Shown in pieces: positions 37,769 to 46,617 of a stretch of 53,409 bases of DNA (positions are counted from its first letter, which is position 1; every line of letters begins with the position of its first letter). Source of the stretch: a virus (taxonomy: Duplodnaviria; Caudoviricetes). The position numbers were made by a program, and so were the translations under genes. The notes beneath the pieces are model-generated. The model did no database searches, was not told where the DNA came from, and was given only the letters and a program-made list of their open reading frames with translations. Location of the stretch: positions 1 to 53,409 of IMG/VR virus record IMGVR_UViG_3300025693_000004. One strand, 5' to 3'.

Positions 37769-38004
37769 CCATTCACCAATAAAATTTCTTTCGTATGTGA
37801 CTCAGGGCATACTTCGTGGTGCAAATTTAAAAGTGCTTGCGCCTCTTCAAATAAAGCCATCATTTCCTTTGGTTTTAATTTCTTAATACCCGTTGCTTCT
37901 CGTATTTCCTTGTGGCTCATTTTTTCCTTTAAATTGTCCACAAGTTGAATAAAATCTATCGTGTCCATAAAACTCTCATTAATAACTGGCGCTCTCTCTA
38001 ACAT
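37765..38004 (-). CDS. Hypothetical small protein (HTH-like)
   Basis: Coupled ORF; MSHKEIREATGI. Confidence 0.5.
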   Translation of the reverse strand: MLERAPVINESFMDTIDFIQLVDNLKEKMSHKEIREATGIKKLKPKEMMALFEEAQALLNLHHEVCPESHTKEILLVNG

Positions 38005-38438
38005 ACGTTAGCCCATGCGCGACCATATTTAATGTCACTAATAAGCTCAGGTGAAACTCCAAACTCATTAGCTAAAGCCGACCGTCCACCCCACTTTAAA
38101 GTGAGAAGCCTTTTTTTAATTTCTGCCACCTGCTCCTTATTTAGCTTTGTTGACTTTCCATGCCTGCAATTTTCGGCCTGCGTTACAACTTCTAGGTGAT
38201 ATGGGTTTACACACGCCCTATTACTGCATTTATGATTAATTACTTTATTTGCTGGGATCTTCCCTAAAATAGACTCGTACATCCATCTATGCGCAAGCAG
38301 AGTTCTTCCGTTTAAATTCTTCTTTCCATAGCCTGTTTTTTTATTTACCGCCCCATTCCATAACCAACAATCACTTTGATTGGGCGGTAAAATAACTAAT
38401 TTCTTAATAACGTCTCCTACTTCCATTTTTATCTCCAA
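37998..38438 (-). CDS. HNH endonuclease with C-terminal HTH
   Basis: CWLWNG, GYG, AHR and NHKCSNRACVNPYHL...EN; LANEFGVS. Confidence 0.88.
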   Translation of the reverse strand: MEIKMEVGDVIKKLVILPPNQSDCWLWNGAVNKKTGYGKKNLNGRTLLAHRWMYESILGKIPANKVINHKCSNRACVNPYHLEVVTQAENCRHGKSTKLNKEQVAEIKKRLLTLKWGGRSALANEFGVSPELISDIKYGRAWANVC

Positions 38439-38461
38439 GTTATTTTTTTAGAAGGTGTCCT

Positions 38462-38872
38462 CTAGAACGGTACATCGTCAAAATCTTCATTAGTTGCCGC
38501 TGGTGGAGTTTGATTATTTTGCTGCAGTTGGCCTTGCTGATTTCCTTGCTGTGAATCCGACTTTTTACCGATTAAATCAATAATATTTGCGTTCAGTTCA
38601 AGGCTTGTTTTTGTTGCTCCATCATTGGCTTTATACTCAGATTGAGATAGCTCACCCGACACAAAAACCTGCTGCCCTTTTTTCAAATAATCAGGCAGCT
38701 TTCCTTCTGCGCGTTTTCCCCACAAAGCAACGCGAACCCATAAGGTTTGCTGTCTATCCCCAAACCCAATATTGTTTGCGACGGTCACGTTTAACACGCT
38801 CATTCCGCTCGGTGTCTGCCTGACTTCTGCATCACGGCCTACCGCCCCAGTAAAACTAAAAACATTGCTCAT
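38462..38872 (-). CDS. ssb: Single-stranded DNA-binding protein
   Basis: OB-fold G.VGRDAEVRQT, YLKKGQQVFVSG; acidic tail DFDDVPF. Confidence 0.95.
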   Translation of the reverse strand: MSNVFSFTGAVGRDAEVRQTPSGMSVLNVTVANNIGFGDRQQTLWVRVALWGKRAEGKLPDYLKKGQQVFVSGELSQSEYKANDGATKTSLELNANIIDLIGKKSDSQQGNQQGQLQQNNQTPPAATNEDFDDVPF

Positions 38873-38874
38873 GC

Positions 38875-39237
38875 TTATTTCCTATTCCTTAAGTTTGTAT
38901 TTCTTCTAATCTCAGCTATGCACGGCATACACTTTGCGGCCTGCTCTGAAACCCTAAAAAGGCTTATAACTGGCATTGTTTGCTGACATGAAGCGCAATA
39001 GCTTTTAGCTTTTTTGGTGCGCATAGGCGGCTTGTCGTCCTGAGTTGCAAGCCTATATTGCTCAAGTAAATTAACGCCTTCTGAATGCCTAGGCTCAAGC
39101 CTTCTTGATGCAGATATAAGTCCACTCATTACGGCCCCAGCCATACCCGCATTTCTACAAATCTCAGATTTATTAGTCCCTGTTTTTTTTGCGATTATGC
39201 AAACAACCTCAACCCAATCGACCAATTCTTCAATCAT
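38875..39237 (-). CDS. Hypothetical HTH plus Zn-finger protein
   Basis: CASC...CMPC; likely start MIEEL at 39237. Confidence 0.55.
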   Translation of the reverse strand: MIEELVDWVEVVCIIAKKTGTNKSEICRNAGMAGAVMSGLISASRRLEPRHSEGVNLLEQYRLATQDDKPPMRTKKAKSYCASCQQTMPVISLFRVSEQAAKCMPCIAEIRRNTNLRNRK

Positions 39238-39472
39238 CTTTAGCCCTTTTAAATTTAATGCATCGGCGTTCAACCGCTGGATATAGCAACTTTCCACCAA
39301 TACTTTTTTTAGCCCTTTCTAGCGCATCAGAACTTGGTTTTTTAAGTTTGTACGCCTCCAATTCTTTGCAGGACCCAATGCCATTACCAAAACCAACCGA
39401 GTCAGGAATAAATAATTCACACTTTCCGCAAGTGACTTTTGCAGGTAATTCTTCAAAATTTATTCGTTTCAT
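39230..39472 (-). CDS. Small Cys-containing hypothetical protein
   Basis: CGKC...GSC...RRC; coupled ORF. Confidence 0.55.
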   Translation of the reverse strand: MKRINFEELPAKVTCGKCELFIPDSVGFGNGIGSCKELEAYKLKKPSSDALERAKKSIGGKLLYPAVERRCIKFKRAKDD

Positions 39473-39475
39473 TAT

Positions 39476-40510
39476 CTAAATACTCATAAATGCTTTAATA
39501 AATTCCTCAGCTACCGGTGCAACTATTGCGTTGCCATAACCTTTGAGCCTTTGCGCTCTTGCTTCTGCTGAGTCATTAGGCGTGATGATTGAATCGCTGC
39601 TATGCACCATTCCTCTGGCAACCCCATCAACCAGCGGCTTAATGCCGGATTTAATTGGCCTGTACTTTTCATCTCGGCAGTAGAGCCAATCAACCCCACT
39701 TGTTGCGTCAACGGAACTCCCGTGTCCTGTGATCGAGGTGGCTTTACTCCTCTTTTTGCATCCGTTACTGTTGGAGTTCCCCAGCCCGCTATTTGAGCCG
39801 TTACGTCCAGCGTGTCCGTTGATAATTTCCCGTTCCGTATTCTGCCTCCCTGATACCCGCCCTTCTGGTCGCGTGTGCTTGGTGTTGGCCAACCCGACAA
39901 CATCGCCGCCCCCACTAAGTTCGTCCCATGCCCCCTCTCCAAAACTGCCTTCGAGTTGTTGTTGCTGCCGCCTGTGCTGATAGTTGGCGTTGGCCACCCA
40001 GTAGATTCTTTGCCTTTGGTGCGCTTTGTTGAGGCTGTGTGCGCCCAATACGACCGCCCCGCAGGCGTAGTTTTCTCTTTCCATTTCTGCGTATAAATCA
40101 TCAAGCCAGCCGTGCCTAACCGCTGCTTCAACTTGTTCGCCAAAGATTGTGTTAGGTCGGCACTGTTTAACGAGTTCGATAAAATGGGGCAAGAGGTGTC
40201 GCTCGTCCTCTTTTCCTTTTTGGTTTCCTGCTGCGCTGAATGGTTGACAGGGCAACGAAGCAGTCCATACAGGTCTATTGTCTGCCCACCCTGCATTTCT
40301 AAGTGCATAGCTCCAGACTCCAACTCCTGCAAAGAAGTGGTGCTGAGAAAATCCATTAAGGTCGCTTGCTGTAACGTCTGTAATGCTTCTGTCATCTACT
40401 TCACCTGGCGCTATGTTTCCGTTTTTTATTAATTGTCTAAGCCATCCTGCAGCTTTAGGATCGAACTCGTTGTAATATGCTATTACTTGTTTTTTCATAT
40501 TTATTGCCAT
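39476..40510 (-). CDS. DNA (cytosine-5) methyltransferase, alpha chain lacking motif IX
   Basis: FFAGVG (I), SLPCQPFS (IV), GEQV (VI), QRQRIYWVA (VIII), RLKGYGNAIV (X). Confidence 0.9.
   Translation of the reverse strand: MAINMKKQVIAYYNEFDPKAAGWLRQLIKNGNIAPGEVDDRSITDVTASDLNGFSQHHFFAGVGVWSYALRNAGWADNRPVWTASLPCQPFSAAGNQKGKEDERHLLPHFIELVKQCRPNTIFGEQVEAAVRHGWLDDLYAEMERENYACGAVVLGAHSLNKAHQRQRIYWVANANYQHRRQQQQLEGSFGEGAWDELSGGGDVVGLANTKHTRPEGRVSGRQNTEREIINGHAGRNGSNSGLGNSNSNGCKKRSKATSITGHGSSVDATSGVDWLYCRDEKYRPIKSGIKPLVDGVARGMVHSSDSIITPNDSAEARAQRLKGYGNAIVAPVAEEFIKAFMSI
39523..40395 (-). CDS. Nested alternative-frame ORF: putative beta chain of the C5-MTase
   Basis: 290 open codons inside the MTase gene; three W(P/G)TP repeats and motif IX-like LNPALSRWLMGLPEEW; true start uncertain. 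Confidence 0.75.
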   Translation of the reverse strand: MTEALQTLQQATLMDFLSTTSLQELESGAMHLEMQGGQTIDLYGLLRCPVNHSAQQETKKEKRTSDTSCPILSNSLNSADLTQSLANKLKQRLGTAGLMIYTQKWKEKTTPAGRSYWAHTASTKRTKGKESTGWPTPTISTGGSNNNSKAVLERGHGTNLVGAAMLSGWPTPSTRDQKGGYQGGRIRNGKLSTDTLDVTAQIAGWGTPTVTDAKRGVKPPRSQDTGVPLTQQVGLIGSTAEMKSTGQLNPALSRWLMGLPEEWCIAAIQSSRLMTQQKQERKGSKVMATQ

Positions 40511-40596
40511 AAAATATTCATAGAAATTTTTTAGTTAGTCTTTTAAGATTTCGTATTGAAAAGCTGTTTAGAATTCGTAGTTCTAAATGGCTTTTT

Positions 40597-41145
40597 TTAT
40601 GCTTGTTGATTTTCATTTCCTACCTCAATAATCATCTCTTCTGGTGTTGGAATATTAGAATCCCGCTTTACCTGTGTATCTTTTGCTGTTTTTCTGCCTA
40701 ACAACCCCTTTAATTCTTTCATAGCTGCGTTTTTAACCTCTTTGCTAGCCTTTGGCTTAGGTAGTGCTTTTTTATACATCTGGTATGCCTGTCCTTTGTG
40801 TTCCCAGTTTTCACCAGATGCTTTTGCTAGTTTTCTAAACCTTGCTATGTTGGGTGGATATTCCTCATCAACTCTTGATGCTGCTATTGCACCCCCAATC
40901 TCAGCCCCGCTTAACCCGTATAAGCCAATCGCCCACTCAGCCTTTACCATGCTGATGCTGATTTTTATTTCCGCTGGTGTCTTGCCTTTAAATTTTGCAG
41001 TCCACTGATTTTGATAAATCGCTTCCATTTTTTTAAAAATCGCATCAACCCATTTCTCTTTCAACCGATTCTCTGAGCTGCTCGGAGAGGATGCTGCTGA
41101 CTGTTGCATGACTTTCTTGGTTGCTAAGTTGCCTATTGCCTGCAT
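40597..41145 (-). CDS. Replication protein P-like / helicase loader
   Basis: IFKKMEAIY...W...EW...L...YPPNIARFRKL; follows the initiator. Confidence 0.65.
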   Translation of the reverse strand: MQAIGNLATKKVMQQSAASSPSSSENRLKEKWVDAIFKKMEAIYQNQWTAKFKGKTPAEIKISISMVKAEWAIGLYGLSGAEIGGAIAASRVDEEYPPNIARFRKLAKASGENWEHKGQAYQMYKKALPKPKASKEVKNAAMKELKGLLGRKTAKDTQVKRDSNIPTPEEMIIEVGNENQQA

Positions 41146-41758
41146 TAGTTTGTCCTTGGTTTTTAAATTCAACTTGGCGCTTATGCCACCCTCTTGCGGC
41201 GGCCTGCCAATTTTTCATTTTGTTTTTGCCTACTTGCCACCCGTTGGATTCGTAATAATCAAAAAAACCAGTTAGGTTTAATTTTTCACTGGTGGATAGG
41301 TTTTGTATTTCATCGGGCGATGGCGGTTTAAAAATAACGCGCGGTATTTTTTCTTTTTTCTTTTTTTCTTTTATATCTGTATCTGTATCTGTATCTGTAT
41401 CTGTATCTAGGGCGTTACTTTTTGTTTCTGTAACGTTACACTCTTGTTTCTTCCTTGCTCTATGCTTCGCAACCCTTGATGCACTTGAGTCTGAGGTAAA
41501 CTGCCTTTTATCCCATGCAGTAGGTTTGTTATCCTCACCTATAAGACCCTTACTAACTAGCACCCCTTTTGTGGTGATGTACTCATCGTTACTTATGCGA
41601 AGCTGAAACGCCACTTCATCATCATGTAACGTTACATCGTCGTTACTGCAACGTAAGCAGAGCAACATTAGGTAACGTCTTTGCATTTTTTCATCAAGCA
41701 TTTGTATTTTTGGATCCGTCGCAAATTCGCTATACATCCTGAACCACTGATTAGCCAT
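41045..41758 (-). CDS. Phage replication initiator (O-like)
   Basis: WFRMYSEFATDPK, WDKRQF.SDSS..RV..HR, DTDTD linker and FFDYYESNGW..GKNKMKNWQAA. Confidence 0.8.
   Translation of the reverse strand: MANQWFRMYSEFATDPKIQMLDEKMQRRYLMLLCLRCSNDDVTLHDDEVAFQLRISNDEYITTKGVLVSKGLIGEDNKPTAWDKRQFTSDSSASRVAKHRARKKQECNVTETKSNALDTDTDTDTDTDIKEKKKKEKIPRVIFKPPSPDEIQNLSTSEKLNLTGFFDYYESNGWQVGKNKMKNWQAAARGWHKRQVEFKNQGQTNAGNRQLSNQESHATVSSILSEQLRESVEREMG
41374..41646. repeat. Candidate replication origin iterons within the initiator gene
   Basis: TGTAACGTTACA palindrome at 41429-41440 and 41625-41636; CGTTAC at 41413, 41587 and 41641; (TATCTG)~6 at 41374-41408 next to a T-rich tract. Confidence 0.55.
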
Positions 41759-41771
41759 TAATCATCCCTCC

Positions 41772-42032
41772 TTAATTTGTTAATGTTTTTCTGGCTAAAA
41801 CTCTTAACGCTTCAGCTTCTTCTTTAGGCATACTTACTACGTCCCCATTGCACTCAATGAGCTTTAGGCCTAAAGCATTAAAAAGCCCCTCCAGTTCACA
41901 CAGCTTTATTCCGCGCTCACCCGAAGCAAGACGACTAACAAAGCTTTCGTCATGCCCTATTGATTGAGCTACTGATATATTTTTAGCGCTGGCAATCTTG
42001 CGCAAAATAATTGATTCAATCTTGCTATTCAT
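41772..42032 (-). CDS. CII-like transcriptional regulator
   Basis: VAQSIGHDESFVSRL HTH...LGLK...ALRVLA; position after the cro-slot gene. Confidence 0.7.
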   Translation of the reverse strand: MNSKIESIILRKIASAKNISVAQSIGHDESFVSRLASGERGIKLCELEGLFNALGLKLIECNGDVVSMPKEEAEALRVLARKTLTN

Positions 42033-42047
42033 TGGCGATAAGTTTTT

Positions 42048-42263
42048 TTAAGATGCAATTGAAAGATTACTTTCCGGAAAAAGCTCTTCAATCGTGGATT
42101 TACCCGCAATTAAATAACGCATTTTTTTACGCTCGTCCTCGGTGGGTGTATAGCCCACGTTTTTAGCAAGCTTTGCTGGTCTTGAATTAGGCTTATATAA
42201 AATGCACTTTGCCGCGTGTGTCGCGCAATAATTAGATAGCACTAAAAAGTCTAGGAATTTCAT
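42048..42263 (-). CDS. Cro-position protein
   Basis: First gene from pR, divergent from CI; C-terminal GKSTIEELFP resembles Cro/YdaS ends. Confidence 0.55.
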   Translation of the reverse strand: MKFLDFLVLSNYCATHAAKCILYKPNSRPAKLAKNVGYTPTEDERKKMRYLIAGKSTIEELFPESNLSIAS

Positions 42264-42294
42264 TTTGTAGCCCTTGAAAGTAACAATAAACACA

Positions 42295-42363
42295 AGTTTA
42301 CTTATTTAGTAAATATCAGTCAACAATAGTTTACCTTTTTGCATATTTATCTTTTTCGTAAAC
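42295..42363. promoter_or_regulatory. OR/pR control region
   Basis: Minus-strand promoter TTGACT-17-TAAACT (42323-42295); operators GTTTA-N9-TAAAT (42296-42314) and ATTTA-N9-TAAAC (42345-42363). Confidence 0.75.
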
Positions 42364-42397
42364 AGTTTATTATTTACAGCAACATTTGGAGGAAGTC

Positions 42398-43054
42398 GTG
42401 CTATTAGATATAAAAGAGATCAGGCGTAACAATTTAGAATTGGCAATAAAAAAAATAGGCTCAGCAGCAAAACTTTATGCGGCATCTGGAGTCTCTCCAT
42501 CAGCCATAAGCCAGATGAGAAGTGGAACTAAAAATATAGGCGAGAAAATAGCGAGGAAAATAGAGACGGCACTAACGCTTCCTGTTGCCTGGATGGACCA
42601 AGCGCACGACAGTCAAAATATTCACTCCAACACAGAACCAGGCCCCGACATTTCAGGAAAAGTTCCTTTGATTTCATGGGTACAAGCGGGGGCATGGGCA
42701 GAAGTCATAGATAACTTTCACCCGGGGGATGCTGAGGATTGGATAGAAACTACTGCAAAAGTAAGCAGCCAGTCATTTGCATTACGCATCAAAGGTGACT
42801 CAATGACCAACCCACACGGCACACCTTCGCTTCCTGAAGGTAGCATGGTAATCATTGACCCTAACGCCCACTGTGATAATGGAAATATAGTAGTTGCTAG
42901 GCTTAATGACTCAATGGAGGCGACTATTAAGAAATTAGTTATTGATGGTGGGCAAAGATATTTAAAGCCGTTAAACCCCGCTTACCCAACAATACCAATA
43001 AATGGAAATTGTCATATTATTGGTAGAGCTGTTCGGGTTGAGTTGGATTTATAA
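42398..43054 (+). CDS. cI: CI-like repressor (HTH plus S24 peptidase)
   Basis: HTH; VPLISWVQAG cleavage site, GDSM Ser and ATIKKL Lys; GTG start after GGAGG. Confidence 0.93.
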   Translation: MLLDIKEIRRNNLELAIKKIGSAAKLYAASGVSPSAISQMRSGTKNIGEKIARKIETALTLPVAWMDQAHDSQNIHSNTEPGPDISGKVPLISWVQAGAWAEVIDNFHPGDAEDWIETTAKVSSQSFALRIKGDSMTNPHGTPSLPEGSMVIIDPNAHCDNGNIVVARLNDSMEATIKKLVIDGGQRYLKPLNPAYPTIPINGNCHIIGRAVRVELDL

Positions 43055-43078
43055 TAATTACAATTTGGAGTGTAATAA

Positions 43079-43531
43079 ATGAATGATATCGAATACGCAG
43101 GTTTTTGGATTAGATCAGGAGCAGCAATTATTGATACGATTCTCTCGCTCATCATCATCCTTCCATTAATGGATGCTATCTATGGAGATACATACTGGTT
43201 AAGTGATGCTACCGTTTTAGGTTTCTGGGATATCATCTTGAACTACATTCTTCCTGCAGTTGCCTTCATTATGTTCTGGGTTTATAAATCAGCGACACCT
43301 GGAAAAATGGCCACCAAATTAACTATTGTTGATGCTAAGACAGGTGGCAAACCCAGTACAAAGCAGTTCATCATTCGATATTTAGGGTATTACGTTTCTA
43401 TATTGCCTTTATTTCTCGGCATAATTTGGGTTGGTATTGATAAACGAAAACAAGGGTTTCACGACATGCTTGCTGGGACGGTTGTTATTAGAAGTACGAA
43501 GGCTGAACCGGTTAAGTTTGAGAGCCCGTAA
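43079..43531 (+). CDS. RDD family membrane protein
   Basis: YAGFWIR..A.IID, ATPGK, IIRYLGY and KQGFHDMLAGTVV. Confidence 0.9.
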   Translation: MNDIEYAGFWIRSGAAIIDTILSLIIILPLMDAIYGDTYWLSDATVLGFWDIILNYILPAVAFIMFWVYKSATPGKMATKLTIVDAKTGGKPSTKQFIIRYLGYYVSILPLFLGIIWVGIDKRKQGFHDMLAGTVVIRSTKAEPVKFESP

Positions 43532-43639
43532 ATTTCTAGTATGATTTCACCTAACAGTTTAAAGTGGCTTCAAAAGCTATTTTCCCACTTAAAGCTACTT
43601 AATATCTAAAATTAGATTTCATAAAGCATTTATATACAT

Positions 43640-44743
43640 ATGAGCAATAATCGACACCAAAGAAAAGATATTCCTAACAATCAGCTATTTTTTGACACTA
43701 AAAACCCAAGGTTGGCTGGTGAATCATTTACCAGCTCTAATGATATACCTATTATCCAACACTTATGCGAAACGTCGGATATTACGGAGCTAGTTATTTC
43801 TATCTTAAAAAATGGCTTTGTTGATTTTGAACCCATCGTAGTTATTAAAGATGATAACGATAACTTTCGTGTACTTGAGGGAAATAGGCGCCTTGCGGCA
43901 ATAAAATTATTACTAAACCCATCTCTATCTCAACAACTTGAGCAAACATTAAAATATAATATTGAACACCCAATTCCTTCTAGTGTTGAAATATCAATTA
44001 AAGAGATTCCAACTATTGTCGTTAAGAAAGAAGAGGATGCTAATGCTTATATTGGTTTTAAGCATATTAACGGCCCACACAAATGGACCTCTTTTGCTAA
44101 AGCTAAATTTGTTACTCAATGGTTCAAAAAACAGGTTCCATTAGAAGAAATAGCTAAACGTGTTGGTGATAAAAATCAAACTGTTAAAGACCTTATTGCT
44201 GGGATGCTTGTACTAGAGCAAGCAGAAGAAGAAGAATTATTTGATATATCCGATCGCACTAAACGAGGTGTTTTTGGGTTTTCACATCTTTACACAGCAC
44301 TCAACCGAAAAGAATACAGAAACTTTATTGGGCTTAGTAAAGACTGGACAGACAACTTATCTGAAAACCCAGTGCCCCTTGATTGTTTAAATAATTTAGA
44401 AACCACATTGCAATATATGTATGGATCTAAAAGTAAAAACATTGAATCCGTAATAAAATCACAAAACCCTAATTTAAGAGAGCTAGGGCAAGTATTAATT
44501 CACCCGGTTGCACGTCAAACACTGCTGGAAAGCAACTCCCTTGGTATGGCGCTAGAAGAAACAGAAAAAAAATCTTCTTTATTTGAAAAATCACTCATAT
44601 CAGCCAATATCCAGTTAAAAAAATCAGCAACTCTAGTATCTAGTTATGATGGCAACGAATATTTATTAGAAACAGCAAAAGAAATGGAGGGCGCCATTAG
44701 AGTTCTTGTGAGCAGCATGGAGAAGCTCTCCTATGACAAATAA
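43640..44743 (+). CDS. ParB/Srx-like N-terminal domain protein
   Basis: FDTKNPRL, SILKNGF..EPIVV, VLEGNRRLAA; HING...W; HTH-like segment. Confidence 0.8.
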   Translation: MSNNRHQRKDIPNNQLFFDTKNPRLAGESFTSSNDIPIIQHLCETSDITELVISILKNGFVDFEPIVVIKDDNDNFRVLEGNRRLAAIKLLLNPSLSQQLEQTLKYNIEHPIPSSVEISIKEIPTIVVKKEEDANAYIGFKHINGPHKWTSFAKAKFVTQWFKKQVPLEEIAKRVGDKNQTVKDLIAGMLVLEQAEEEELFDISDRTKRGVFGFSHLYTALNRKEYRNFIGLSKDWTDNLSENPVPLDCLNNLETTLQYMYGSKSKNIESVIKSQNPNLRELGQVLIHPVARQTLLESNSLGMALEETEKKSSLFEKSLISANIQLKKSATLVSSYDGNEYLLETAKEMEGAIRVLVSSMEKLSYDK

Positions 44744-45734
44744 AATAACCCCCTCACACACAGCCCCTATTGATGAAGACATAAGCAATCTAACTGACTG
44801 GGTAGAATTAAAAACCATTTTTTCTGACTATAACGCCTTCAATTTATCTGATTTATCCAGTTTAACTGAAGAGTACGAAGACGATGAAAATATTGACTTT
44901 TCAGAGCAAGACTTAGATAACGAAGAAAGTTATATCAAAGTTTGTGATGAAATTGCTAATCGAGCGAAAACTCTGGGTGATGCTTACCCATTTTGCTTCG
45001 AAAATAATGACACCGAAATCAGCTTACACAACAGCGCATTTAATATCGGCCAGTGGATTTACCTTTATTGCCTGGTTATTTCACATAGAAAAGCCGATAC
45101 GGTCAATATCACCGATTTTAGCCTGACTAATGATGATAGAGACATCCTTCAGATTGCATCCGTTTATGCAGCTGTTGGACATATTGGCGATGCCTTTTCA
45201 TTTGGTTTTCCTAGACCCGAGAATAGTAATTTTTTTGATGCTCTTAAAAATACATTCACAAAAATGGGCGAAGGATCACCCTTAAACGAAGTTAGACCAG
45301 GATACAGTTCAGCAGTTAAGGATGGCGAAGTCGATATTGTAGCCTGGCAAGCAATGAATGATGGCCTTCCTGGTAAACTTTTTTTGCTAGGGCAAGTCGC
45401 CACCGGAAATAACTGGACAGATAAATCTATTATAGGAGCTATGGAATATTTCTTTGGAGCCTATTTTAGCGAAAAGCCAGCAAGCAAGGCTATTCCTGCT
45501 ATGTTTATTCCATTTTGCATAGAAGAACAATATGGTGGCTCGCGTCATCAAGTAATGCAAAATCATAGCAGTCGGTTTGGGATTATTTATTACCGTTTAA
45601 GGCTCCCTTATTACGCCCTAATTGGATTTAACAAACCTAATAACTTCCACAGAAAAGACGAATCCGACAAGATTATGGGGTTTGTTCAACAGCAACTAGG
45701 CGATCAACTGCCCGACACTGTCTGCACTGCTTAA
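44733..45734 (+). CDS. Hypothetical protein with restriction-endonuclease-like D...QxA motif
   Basis: KDGEVDIVAW...LFLLGQVATG.NW; overlaps the ParB-like gene by 11 nt. Confidence 0.55.
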   Translation: MTNKITPSHTAPIDEDISNLTDWVELKTIFSDYNAFNLSDLSSLTEEYEDDENIDFSEQDLDNEESYIKVCDEIANRAKTLGDAYPFCFENNDTEISLHNSAFNIGQWIYLYCLVISHRKADTVNITDFSLTNDDRDILQIASVYAAVGHIGDAFSFGFPRPENSNFFDALKNTFTKMGEGSPLNEVRPGYSSAVKDGEVDIVAWQAMNDGLPGKLFLLGQVATGNNWTDKSIIGAMEYFFGAYFSEKPASKAIPAMFIPFCIEEQYGGSRHQVMQNHSSRFGIIYYRLRLPYYALIGFNKPNNFHRKDESDKIMGFVQQQLGDQLPDTVCTA

Positions 45735-46544
45735 TTCTGGTGAAAAAACCACCAGCTCTGAGCCTCTACGCTTAATCTGTGCTGAGTAATTTATAGAAAA
45801 CGGCCTAGGTTGATGGCGTTGATACAATTGAAAAATTTCAGGTGTATTATCATAGGTCAACATCCAAGGCTGCTTAATTTCATCTATAACCTTTGCTAAA
45901 TGCACATGATCATTATGATTAAAAAAGTTCTGATAGAGCGCCTTGCCTTTATTGTAATAAGGCGGGTCAATATTTATTAATACTCTATCCCCCAAATTAT
46001 TAACCTTAGTTTTCAAAAAGTCACTCGCATCTAAATTAGTTAACGTAACTCGACTTGAATGCTCAGAAATCTTTCTAACTTTATCAATCAACTTTTTCTT
46101 ATTAAAACGGCAATCAAGCTTATAGCTCCCTGCCTGGGCTTTACCACCTATAACTCCAGCATTAATAATCCCAGAGCGATTAACCCGGTTCAAAAAAAAA
46201 GTGGAAAATCCTAGTTCTAAACCTGCTATTTGCTGCTTCTGTATTTGTTTTTGAGAATACCACTGATCAATAGTAATTGGTGTATCTGCAATCAATTCGC
46301 ATAGCTCATCCGTCCGGTTAAGGACTGCATCCCAAAAACAAAAAATAGAGAGCGATAAATCATTAATAACAACCTTTTCAACTTGGTTACTAAATAATAG
46401 TTTCCAAGCAATGCCGCACCCACCAGCAAAAGGCTCCACATAGACCCCGCCTTCTAGTCCATTCTCTGTAATTAAGTTTTCAACAAACTTGGTTAACTGT
46501 GTTTTACCACCGGGATAACGAAGCGGGGAAGGCGTTACTGGCAT
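45696..46544 (-). CDS. Dam/D12-class N6-adenine DNA methyltransferase
   Basis: SPLRYPGGK, YVEPFAGG, IND and IDPPYY motifs. Confidence 0.93.
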   Translation of the reverse strand: MPVTPSPLRYPGGKTQLTKFVENLITENGLEGGVYVEPFAGGCGIAWKLLFSNQVEKVVINDLSLSIFCFWDAVLNRTDELCELIADTPITIDQWYSQKQIQKQQIAGLELGFSTFFLNRVNRSGIINAGVIGGKAQAGSYKLDCRFNKKKLIDKVRKISEHSSRVTLTNLDASDFLKTKVNNLGDRVLINIDPPYYNKGKALYQNFFNHNDHVHLAKVIDEIKQPWMLTYDNTPEIFQLYQRHQPRPFSINYSAQIKRRGSELVVFSPELSSADSVGQLIA

Positions 46545-46617
46545 ATAAATAAATTAGTAGTGAGATCAAAGGTATTTTACAATAATTAAATCAGTTTTGG
46601 CCACTCATTAAAGTATA

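Noticed and set aside
41374-41408. Phase-variable switch in the replication gene
   Set aside because: The hexamer unit preserves frame and encodes the DTDTD linker common in phage initiators
43640-44743. Plasmid-prophage partition ParB
   Set aside because: No ParA partner, the element is integrated, and the gene is coupled to nuclease-like and MTase genes
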